A DNA stretch of 45,523 nt. Source: a virus (lineage: Duplodnaviria > Caudoviricetes). Numbering within the stretch: position 1 is the stretch's first letter; every line of letters begins with the position of its first letter. The DNA lies in IMG/VR virus record IMGVR_UViG_3300044708_000233, positions 1 to 45,523 of that record; one strand, written 5' to 3'. Below the pieces are notes generated by a model. It saw only the letters and a program-made list of their open reading frames with translations. It had not been told where the DNA came from and did no database searches. Below, piece after piece: positions 1 through 7,601 of this stretch. A program made the position numbers and the translations under genes.

Positions 1-142
1 GCGCGGCGGCGCAGGATGGCCCCGTTGCGGCGCTGACGCTGGACGCGGGCGGCACCGTGCGGCTCGTGCAACGTCAGGGCCCGGCGCTGGAGATGGCGCT
101 GCCGGACGTCCAGGCGCTCGTCGAGCATGCCGTCGACCACCG
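1..142. repeat. Terminal overlap, copy 1 (matches 45382-45523); circular-assembly redundancy
   Basis: 142 nt identical to the window end except A127 vs G45508; the junction lies inside a gene. Confidence 0.95.
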
Positions 143-746
143 GCTCGCCGCCGCGCGCGAGGCGCTCGAGACCGAGCTGCAGGCGCGCCTCGCGCGCACC
201 GCGGAGCTGTTCTTCAATCCGCCGGCCTGGAGCGCGGGCACGGTGTACATGGAGGGGCAGATTGTCACCACCGACGTCGGGCGCACCTACCGCGTGCGCG
301 CGGGCGTGCGCGCGGCCGCGGGGCGCGAACCCGCCGAGGATCCCGCGCGCTGGGAACGCCTGGGCACGGGGGGCTTCCGGGTCTTCAAGTCCAAGCCGTT
401 GGCGCTGCAGGCCGGCGACATGTTCGCCGAGCACGATGCGCGCTTCGTGCACGATGGGCAAACGACGACGCTGCTCGTGCCCAAGGTGCCGAAGACGAGC
501 GACATCGAGCGCGCCGGCAAGGCGGGGCACGGCCTGGCGCAGGCCGCCGAGGCACACAACCGCGATCAGGACCAGCAGATTGCCGCGCAGGGCGAGGCCA
601 TCGCCCGCACGCAGGCCGCGGCCAACGACGCGAGCGAATGCAGCGTCCAGGCGCTGGCCGCCACCGAGGAACTGCGCAACGCGCTCGAGGCCGTGCGCGA
701 GGTGGTCGAACGGCTGCAGGCGGCTGGCGGGAGCAAGACGTCATGA
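1..746 (+). CDS. 3' part of a ~315 aa hypothetical virion-associated protein starting at 45180 and crossing the junction
   Basis: ATG at 45180 is in frame with ORF 57..746 through the overlap; coiled-coil-like with a WSAGTVYMEGQIV (CBM-like) motif; lies between portal and head-tail connector. Confidence 0.7.
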   Translation, partial: AAAQDGPVAALTLDAGGTVRLVQRQGPALEMALPDVQALVEHAVDHRLAAAREALETELQARLARTAELFFNPPAWSAGTVYMEGQIVTTDVGRTYRVRAGVRAAAGREPAEDPARWERLGTGGFRVFKSKPLALQAGDMFAEHDARFVHDGQTTTLLVPKVPKTSDIERAGKAGHGLAQAAEAHNRDQDQQIAAQGEAIARTQAAANDASECSVQALAATEELRNALEAVREVVERLQAAGGSKTS

Positions 747-1321
747 CCATTACCCGCACCGCGGTCGATCACGACGTGCTGCCCGCGGCGCTGCTGCCGA
801 TGGTGAAAGAACACTTGCGCGTGCGCCACGACCGCGACGACACGCTCATCACGAGCTACATCGCGAGCGCGATCGGTCTCCTCGAGCGTCAGTGCAACAT
901 TGCCCTCGAGCCGGCCAGCTATGTGTGCACGGCTGACGAACTGAACCCTGGCGCGGTCGGTCCCCAACGCCCGCTCTTGAGCTACGCGCTGCCGCTGAAC
1001 AACGTCCGCGTGGCCACCCTCACCGACGAGGCAGCCGAGCCGCCGGCCGATCATTCCGACGAATTCGAACTGTGGAATCCGGACTTCGGCGGCAATGGCT
1101 CGAGCTACTTGGTGCAGGTCGCGCCCCCCGTGCCGCTGGCGCTGGGCTGGCTCGTTGAGCTCGACGTCGGCGTGCTCGACTCGGCCGACTTGGCGCCCGC
1201 CGTGGCGGTGCTCATCGCCCGCATGACGGGCGCCCTGTACGAAAACCGCGAGGCGAGCGCGGCGCTGTGGGCCGACACCTGGGCGGCCGAGGTGCAGGCG
1301 CTGTGGAGGCCTGCGGTATGA
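743..1321 (+). CDS. Head-tail connector (HK97 gp6/SPP1 gp15-like), 192 aa
   Basis: VKEHLRV..DDTLITSYIASA and LYENRE motifs; ATGA overlap with upstream stop. Confidence 0.85.
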   Translation: MTITRTAVDHDVLPAALLPMVKEHLRVRHDRDDTLITSYIASAIGLLERQCNIALEPASYVCTADELNPGAVGPQRPLLSYALPLNNVRVATLTDEAAEPPADHSDEFELWNPDFGGNGSSYLVQVAPPVPLALGWLVELDVGVLDSADLAPAVAVLIARMTGALYENREASAALWADTWAAEVQALWRPAV

Positions 1322-1659
1322 AAGCCGGACGCCTGCGCCACTGGCTGCGCCTGGAGCGGCCCCTCGTCACCGAGGACACCTTCGGCGGCGTGGTGAAGAC
1401 CTGGGAAACCGTCGCCGAAGTCGACGCGGCCATCGATGCCATCTCGGGCCGCGAATTCCTCGCCGCCGATCGGGAGCTCGCCGGCATCACCTGGCGCATC
1501 ACGATTCGCGAGACGCCCGGCATCACGGTCGAGCCGAATTGGCGCGGCATCGAAATCGACGGCGACGCGCCGCGGACGTTCGATTTCGTCGAGTTGCTGC
1601 CTTCGCATGAGCGGGCGGTCATCACCATCGCCGCGACGTGCGGCCAGTCGCAACCCTGA
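1318..1659 (+). CDS. Head closure/head-tail adaptor (SPP1 gp16-like), 113 aa
   Basis: MKAGRLRHWLRLERP..D.FGG...W..SGREF motif; ATGA overlap. Confidence 0.85.
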   Translation: MKAGRLRHWLRLERPLVTEDTFGGVVKTWETVAEVDAAIDAISGREFLAADRELAGITWRITIRETPGITVEPNWRGIEIDGDAPRTFDFVELLPSHERAVITIAATCGQSQP

Positions 1660-1683
1660 AGGAAACACAAGGAGGCCCGCACC

Positions 1684-2355
1684 ATGGCCAAGATCAAGTC
1701 CAACGCGCACCTGTGGCTCGGCGACGTGAGCGTCGGCATGACACCCACGCCGGTCGCGATCACCTCCATCACGAAAGCGACGCCTCCCGTCGTGACGCCG
1801 GCCACCATGCCGGTGGATCTCGCCAACGGCGACCTCGTCGCCTTCGAGGCGACGGGCGTGCCCTACCTCGATGGTCAGGCCTTTCGCATCGATGCGCTGG
1901 ACGCGACAACCTTCACGCTGCCCGATGCGGAGTCCTCCGACATTCCGGCGGCCGTGGCGACCGGCACGTTCACGCCCTACCTGAAGGCCGGCACCGAGGC
2001 TCTCCTTGAGGCCTGCATGGCGCAAATCACGGTCTCCGGCCAGGCGCCCGACTCCATCGCGCTGGACGACATGTGCTCGACGATGACCATCCTCGGCGAC
2101 AACAAACCGCCGACGTTCACGTTCAGCGGGTTCGTGGACCAGGATTCACCCGGGTTCGAAAACCTGGTCGAGGCCTCGATCGCGACACCGAAGCCGACTG
2201 TGCCGTTGCTGATCGACTTCAGTGCCGCGGGCGGCTACATCGCCGGGCCGGCGCAAATCGGGGAGATGACTATCACCGCCGGCGTCGGCCAGGGCCTGCA
2301 GTTCTCGGGGTCAGGGGTCTTCACCGAAGTTCCGACTTACAGCTGGGCGCTGTAA
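1684..2355 (+). CDS. Major tail tube protein, 223 aa
   Basis: AGGAGG RBS; AITSITKATPPVVT..LANGDLV..FRI...TFTL insert typical of Phage_tail_3-like tube proteins; position. Confidence 0.75.
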   Translation: MAKIKSNAHLWLGDVSVGMTPTPVAITSITKATPPVVTPATMPVDLANGDLVAFEATGVPYLDGQAFRIDALDATTFTLPDAESSDIPAAVATGTFTPYLKAGTEALLEACMAQITVSGQAPDSIALDDMCSTMTILGDNKPPTFTFSGFVDQDSPGFENLVEASIATPKPTVPLLIDFSAAGGYIAGPAQIGEMTITAGVGQGLQFSGSGVFTEVPTYSWAL

Positions 2356-2359
2356 CACT

Positions 2360-2710
2360 ATGACTGCGCCCTTGACCTTCGAGCTGCAGCGCGAACCCTG
2401 CCCCGGCCTGGCCGATTTGGGTGACGAGGTCGAACTGCGCGAGCTGTCCTACGGCGCGTTGCGCCGTGCCATGGCCCAGGCGAGCGAGACCAGTGGCGTC
2501 GGCGATGCGGTGCTCGCCGCCTCGCTGCATGTGGACGGCGAGCCGCTCGGCCTGGCCGGACTCGACGCACTGCCCGGACGCTTGTCGATGGCCATCGCGA
2601 ACGCGCTCACACGCTGCCTCGAGCTGCACGGCCTCACCTCGGCCAAGCCGCGCGCCGCGGATGATGCGCAGGACGAAGGCGTCGAGGAGACTGCGCCGGG
2701 GGAAGCATGA
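2360..2710 (+). CDS. Tail assembly chaperone (gpG-like)
   Basis: Follows the tube gene; EVELRELS motif; ends in the slippery GGGGGAA. Confidence 0.7.
   Translation: MTAPLTFELQREPCPGLADLGDEVELRELSYGALRRAMAQASETSGVGDAVLAASLHVDGEPLGLAGLDALPGRLSMAIANALTRCLELHGLTSAKPRAADDAQDEGVEETAPGEA
2698..2704 (+). other. Candidate -1 programmed frameshift site GGGGGAA
   Basis: Codons CCG GGG GAA GCA TGA; the -1 frame is open into ORF 2707..2916. Confidence 0.55.
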
Positions 2711-2916
2711 GCGCCGAGCGCCGCGTGGTCTTCGCGCTCGGCGCCCGCCTCGGGATGTCGGCGGCCGCCGTCGAGGCGCTGTCCGCGCGCGAGCTCGCCG
2801 GATGGCTGGAGTTCTTCAACGAGCAGCAGCGCGGCGCGGCCAATGACGGCGACGCCGTGCCGCTGGAACAGCTGACGCGCGCGCAGCGTCGCGCGATGTT
2901 CCACCATGGCCCCTGA
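2707..2916 (+). CDS. Tail assembly chaperone gpT-like segment
   Basis: FALGARLGMS...LSARELAGWLEFF motif typical of gpT; in the -1 frame of the upstream chaperone. Confidence 0.65.
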   Translation: MSAERRVVFALGARLGMSAAAVEALSARELAGWLEFFNEQQRGAANDGDAVPLEQLTRAQRRAMFHHGP

Positions 2917-3292
2917 CTACACGTCCGAACGCGAGCTCGTCGCCTTGCTCAAGGTGGCCCTCGCGCCGGTGCCGGTGCACTGGGGCTTCGCCCCGTTCGA
3001 ATCCAGCGGCGTGCCGCCGGCGCTCCCGATCGTGGTCATACAGCGGCTGTCCTATTCGACGGCCGGTTACGAGGACATGTGTGAGGGCGACTACGTCGGC
3101 GACACGGCCCTCGTCGTGCACGCCTGGGACCTGCACTACGAGGTCGGACGCCTGCTGTGCGACCAGGTGCGCGCGGCGATGCGCAATGCGACCGGCTGGC
3201 GGCTGCAGCAGGAGACGGACACCTACGAGCCGACGTTCCACGCGTGGTGTATCGCCGGGCAATGGATCGCCGGCGGCGTGTCGCCGCTCTAA
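2906..3292 (+). CDS. Tail terminator/completion protein (DUF3168-like), 128 aa
   Basis: Size; P.IVVIQR..S and VVHAW..Y...R.L...VRAAM pattern. Confidence 0.6.
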   Translation: MAPDYTSERELVALLKVALAPVPVHWGFAPFESSGVPPALPIVVIQRLSYSTAGYEDMCEGDYVGDTALVVHAWDLHYEVGRLLCDQVRAAMRNATGWRLQQETDTYEPTFHAWCIAGQWIAGGVSPL

Positions 3293-3308
3293 GGGGAGTG
3301 CCGCGGCC

Positions 3309-4061
3309 GTGCTCCTCGATTTCCCCACCGTCATCGCCCCGCGCCGTGCGGTCAAGCTCGGCGGCGTGCGCCTCGATCGCGAACGCCTGCTCGTCGAGAT
3401 GAACACGCAGAGTCTGTCCGACGTGCGCGCGATGGTGCGCAACATCACCGTGGCTGTCACCGCCGAACAGGTCGCCGCGGGCAATCCGCCCTCGGTGCTT
3501 GCCGTCGATGGCAAGAGCGACAAGCCGGTCGCCAATGTGCGGGCAAAAACGGAAGTGGTTTTCGGCACGGTGCTCGTGGCCGGCGCGATGCGCGAAGTCG
3601 AGGCGGCGCTGGCGGCGGCGATCACGCGCTCGACGCGTCCCCACTCTGGGCGCCTCGCGGACATCACCGGCGCCTGGCAGTGGCGGTATCTGCCCGCGGG
3701 CGGCAAGGCGTCGCAGGTCGTCACGGCCGCCACCGTGCTGCCCAGCTTCGGCCCCGGCGACCGCCTCGCGCTCGTGCCTGCGGGCGTGCCCTATGCGACG
3801 ATCGTTAACCGGAATGTCGCGAACTCGGGCCGCGCCAACATCGCGCCGCGCAAGGGCAAGGCGCCACCGGCGTCACGTCAAAACCGCGGCTTTCTGTTCC
3901 ATGCGGCCGACACCGTACGCCGCCGCGCCGCGTTCAAGCTGTTCCACGTCCGCGTGGTCTTCTCGAAGTCGCACATGGTGCCCGGCGAGGTGATGACCCG
4001 CCGGCAGGGCACCGGCATGATCGTGATTACCGCGCGCGTGCGCCGCGTCGTGCGGACCTGA
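3309..4061 (+). CDS. Hypothetical basic tail/neck protein (possibly HK97 gp10-like), ~250 aa
   Basis: GTG start after AAGGGGAG; TRPHSGRL and VPYA motifs; located in the tail module. Confidence 0.5.
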   Translation: MLLDFPTVIAPRRAVKLGGVRLDRERLLVEMNTQSLSDVRAMVRNITVAVTAEQVAAGNPPSVLAVDGKSDKPVANVRAKTEVVFGTVLVAGAMREVEAALAAAITRSTRPHSGRLADITGAWQWRYLPAGGKASQVVTAATVLPSFGPGDRLALVPAGVPYATIVNRNVANSGRANIAPRKGKAPPASRQNRGFLFHAADTVRRRAAFKLFHVRVVFSKSHMVPGEVMTRRQGTGMIVITARVRRVVRT

Positions 4062-4080
4062 CACAAAGGACAACCTCACC

Positions 4081-6147
4081 ATGGCCCTCGCCGGCACGGT
4101 CGAACGCCTGTACAAAGTGACGGTCGATGGCACCGAGGCCGTGCGGCAGCTCGAGAAAATCGCCGGGTCCACGTCGGCCGTCGACTCCAAGCTCGACGCC
4201 TTCGCCTCGACCATCAAGCGAGCCGGCGCGGCGCTGGCCGGTGCCTTCGTGGTTGACCGCCTCGTGAGCGGATTTCGCCAAGTTGTCGACTCGATGGATG
4301 ACATTGTGAAAGCTTCGCAGGAAATCGGCGTTGCCGCCGAACGCCTGCAAGCCTTGCGCTATGCGGCCGCGGCCTCCGGGGCCAACGCCGAAACGCTGGA
4401 CAAGGGAATTCAGAAGCTCTCCCAGAGCCTGCAAGACATCGAGGCCGGCACGACCGATGCGGCCAAGGCCTTGAAGGCGATGGGCGTGACGAGCACCGAC
4501 ACGGCCGACCAGGCGCTGGCCAAGATTGCCGACGCCTTCGCGAAGCTGCCCGATGGGGCGCAGAAGACGGCGCTGGCGCTCGACATTTTCGGCAAGGCCG
4601 GAGCGAAGCTCATCCCCACGTTGAACAACGGCCGCGCGGGCTTGCGCGAACTCACCGACGAGGCCCGCGGGCTGGGGCTCATCATGTCGGATGAGGCACT
4701 CAAGGCGGCTGAGCATTTCAACGATCAACTCGACATGCTGGGCAACATCGCGAAAGCGAACGCCCAGACCTTCGTCTCGGGCCTGCTGCCGGCGCTGCAG
4801 TCGATCGCCGCGGCGCTGATCGACGCGGAAAAAGGCGGCGAGGGATTCTCGAGTTGGGGCGAGGCAGTCGGTGCGGTGCTGCTCAAGGTCTCCAAGGCTG
4901 CGACGCTCGTGATCGGAGGATTTCGCAAGGTGGCCGCGGCCATCGGCGTCGTCGTGGCCGACATCGCGTCGGGCTTCGCCGCGGGACCAGTGTTCGCCGA
5001 GCGGTGGAAGCAGGCCATGGACGAGGCCGATAACAAGACCGCCGAGACCTTGCTGAGCCTCGAAAAGAGATTCAAGGAATTTCAGGACAAGCAGAAGGCC
5101 TTTGTCGGTCCACCGGTGCCCGAAGGATTGGCGGCGGACGCTCTGCGCAAGAGGCTCGAGGCCGAAGCTGCGGCGACCAAGGCGGTCGCCGAGGCCGCGC
5201 GCGAGGCGAACGACGAGTGGGACGCGTTCATCGCCCAACAGGACAAAATCGAGCAGGTGGGCCGCGAGGTCACACTCTCTCTCGAGGACGAGAAGCAGGC
5301 CCAGGTCGGCCTGAATGCCGCGCGCGAGGCCGCACTGGCGACCGATACCGAGCTCGCCGCCGCGCAGCAGCGCCAGCGCGAAGCGGGCCGGCAGGCGACC
5401 GACATCCTCGACGCCCAAATCAAGGCCCAGGAGGACGCCCAGCTTGTGATGCAGGGCATGATCGCGCTGACGCAGACGGGCACCGAGGAGCAGAAGAAGC
5501 TTGCCGGCGCCTGGCTCGCGCATGAGCTCGCGATCAAGCACGCGGCGCCTGTCATGGACGAGTGGGCCGCTGCCCAGGAGGCGTTCCAGGGTGGTTGGGA
5601 TCGCTTCGTGGACACGCTCTCGCAGGGCTCGGTCAGCGTGGCCGAGGCCTTCTCGGCGATGGTCAAATCCATCATTGCCGATTTGCTCAAAATCGCGGCG
5701 CAGAAGTTCATCATCGAAGCACTCTTCGGCAAGAGCAGCGGCGGGCAGGGCCTGGGCAGCGACAGCATCAGCGCGCTCGGCAATGTCTTCGCCGCCGGCC
5801 GGGTGACGGCCTTCGGACTCGGCACTGTGCTCACCTCGCCCGTGCGCCTGCCTATGGCGTTGATGGGCGAAGCAGGCCCCGAGGCCGTCATGCCCCTACG
5901 CCGCGGCGCCGATGGCCGGCTCGGTGTCGAGGCGGGCGGTCCGGCGGCCTCCGTGCTCAACGTCGCGATTCACAACCACACGGATGCGGCCATCAGCGCG
6001 CGCCGCAACGATCGCGGCGACCTCGAGGTGCTCGTCGAGGCGACGAAGAAATCGCTTGCCGCCGACGTGCGCCGCGGCGGGACAGACTTCTCGCGCGCAG
6101 CCGAATCCGCCTGGCGGCTTTCCCGCGGCGCGGCGGCGCAATTCTGA
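4081..6147 (+). CDS. Tape measure protein, 688 aa
   Basis: Ala-rich helical; IFGKAGAKLIPTLN and C-terminal MGEAGPEAVMPL motifs of lambda-type TMPs. Confidence 0.92.
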   Translation: MALAGTVERLYKVTVDGTEAVRQLEKIAGSTSAVDSKLDAFASTIKRAGAALAGAFVVDRLVSGFRQVVDSMDDIVKASQEIGVAAERLQALRYAAAASGANAETLDKGIQKLSQSLQDIEAGTTDAAKALKAMGVTSTDTADQALAKIADAFAKLPDGAQKTALALDIFGKAGAKLIPTLNNGRAGLRELTDEARGLGLIMSDEALKAAEHFNDQLDMLGNIAKANAQTFVSGLLPALQSIAAALIDAEKGGEGFSSWGEAVGAVLLKVSKAATLVIGGFRKVAAAIGVVVADIASGFAAGPVFAERWKQAMDEADNKTAETLLSLEKRFKEFQDKQKAFVGPPVPEGLAADALRKRLEAEAAATKAVAEAAREANDEWDAFIAQQDKIEQVGREVTLSLEDEKQAQVGLNAAREAALATDTELAAAQQRQREAGRQATDILDAQIKAQEDAQLVMQGMIALTQTGTEEQKKLAGAWLAHELAIKHAAPVMDEWAAAQEAFQGGWDRFVDTLSQGSVSVAEAFSAMVKSIIADLLKIAAQKFIIEALFGKSSGGQGLGSDSISALGNVFAAGRVTAFGLGTVLTSPVRLPMALMGEAGPEAVMPLRRGADGRLGVEAGGPAASVLNVAIHNHTDAAISARRNDRGDLEVLVEATKKSLAADVRRGGTDFSRAAESAWRLSRGAAAQF

Positions 6148-6161
6148 AAGAGGGCGATGTC

Positions 6162-6674
6162 ATGCCTACTACCAGTACCACCGCCGAACTCGCCCGCGCG
6201 CGCGCGAGCGCACCGGCGGGCGTGGACATCTGGGAGACGCTCACGCTCGAACACTCGGCCTGGGCCGCGCCCTATTACCTCACCAGCGCGCCGCAGGCCT
6301 TTACCGCGACGCTGGAGTCGGGCCCCGTCGTGACCTTCCTGCCGTTCCCGTTCGCTCTCGTGCTGCCCACCGTGGACGGCGCCGGGCAGCAGGACCTGCA
6401 GGTCACCTTGACGAATGCCGACCACGCCATCGCCGACGCCGTGCAGGCCGCGCACGCCACGCCGACCGAGCGCATCACGGCCACGTATCGGGTCTTCCTG
6501 TCGACGCTCGGCTCGACGCAGACGCCGCAATCGGCGCCGCTGCGCCTGAGTTTCGACGCGATCCAGATCACCGAGGAGGCGGTCACCGGCATCGCGGGGC
6601 GTTCGGACACTCTAAATAGACGATTCCCAGGCATCCATTACGACATCGCGCACTTTCCCGGTTTAGATAGGTAG
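6162..6674 (+). CDS. Tail tip protein, DUF1833-like, 170 aa
   Basis: ETLTLEHSAW, FPFALVLP, LNRRFPG..Y...FPGL motifs; follows the TMP. Confidence 0.75.
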   Translation: MPTTSTTAELARARASAPAGVDIWETLTLEHSAWAAPYYLTSAPQAFTATLESGPVVTFLPFPFALVLPTVDGAGQQDLQVTLTNADHAIADAVQAAHATPTERITATYRVFLSTLGSTQTPQSAPLRLSFDAIQITEEAVTGIAGRSDTLNRRFPGIHYDIAHFPGLDR

Positions 6675-6681
6675 AGGGATC

Positions 6682-7200
6682 ATGCTGTTGACATTCCATC
6701 GCTTGCGTGAACTTTTGAGTTATGACCCGCTATTGGGTCATTTCGCTTGGCGTGTGCGCCGCCATGGTAATGGTGGGCTGATCGAACCGGGTGATCGTGC
6801 GGGCTATGTCGGCGGGAGTGCTCAACGCCGGAGACGTTTCATCGGAATCGATGGCGTGATCTATCACGAACATCGGCTCGCATGGCTTTACATGACAGGC
6901 GCATGGCCTGAGCACGAGGTCGATCACATCGACCGAGACCCATGCAATACGCGATGGTCAAATCTCCGCGCAGCCACGCACAAGCAAAACGCGGAAAACA
7001 GCATTCAACCGCTCGGCGCTAGTCGGGTGCGTGGCGTGCGCTGGCAGCTCGGAGGCTGGAGCGCGCGCATCACGCACTATGGGCGCGAAATCCATCTTGG
7101 TAGATTCAATCGTCTCGACGACGCCGCAGAGTTTCGCGAGTTGGCGCGCGAGATGCTGTTCACACATCATCAGCCTGAAATTGAAGGGCTCGACCGATGA
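6682..7200 (+). CDS. Free-standing HNH homing endonuclease with AP2-like C-terminal domain
   Basis: RLRELLSYDP, HRLAWLYMTG.WP..VDHIDRD..N.RWSNLR, W.ARI...G..IHLGRF; lower GC than neighbours. Confidence 0.92.
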   Translation: MLLTFHRLRELLSYDPLLGHFAWRVRRHGNGGLIEPGDRAGYVGGSAQRRRRFIGIDGVIYHEHRLAWLYMTGAWPEHEVDHIDRDPCNTRWSNLRAATHKQNAENSIQPLGASRVRGVRWQLGGWSARITHYGREIHLGRFNRLDDAAEFRELAREMLFTHHQPEIEGLDR

Positions 7201-7601
7201 GGGCCACCATCATCAGCCTCGGCCTCGTCGACGAAGCACTCGAGGAGCTCATCGGGTTGCCCTTCGAACGCGGCGGGCGCGGCCCGGATGCCTACGATTG
7301 CTGGGGGCTCGTGCTCGCGCTGCGGCGCCGCCTGGGCCTGCGCGAGCCGCCGGACATTGCCACCGGTACGCTCACGCGCGAACAGGCGCACGCCCTGTTT
7401 GCCCTGCAAAGCTTGCCGCTCGGCTGGCGGCGCGTGCCACTGTCGCCTGGCGGCATCGTGTTCGCGCAGTGCGCCGCGCATGCGGGCGTGTACGTGGCCG
7501 GGCGCATCGTGCATGCACAAACTACGGCCGGCGTCGTCGCCTGGACGCTCGGGCGATGGATGACCGCTTTCGGTGTGCCCGAATGCTGGGAGGCCAGCTA
7601 G
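7197..7601 (+). CDS. NlpC/P60-like tail tip protein (gpK-like)
   Basis: GLPFERGGRGPDAYDCWGLV, HAGVY, IVHA catalytic Cys/His pattern. Confidence 0.85.
   Translation: MRATIISLGLVDEALEELIGLPFERGGRGPDAYDCWGLVLALRRRLGLREPPDIATGTLTREQAHALFALQSLPLGWRRVPLSPGGIVFAQCAAHAGVYVAGRIVHAQTTAGVVAWTLGRWMTAFGVPECWEAS

Noticed and set aside
6675-7200. Group I intron around the HNH gene
   Set aside because: Only 7 nt upstream and an overlap downstream, leaving no room for an intron core; flanking genes are complete
7197-7601. NlpC/P60 protein as the endolysin
   Set aside because: Its position between the DUF1833-like and gpJ-like genes fits a tail tip gpK-like role
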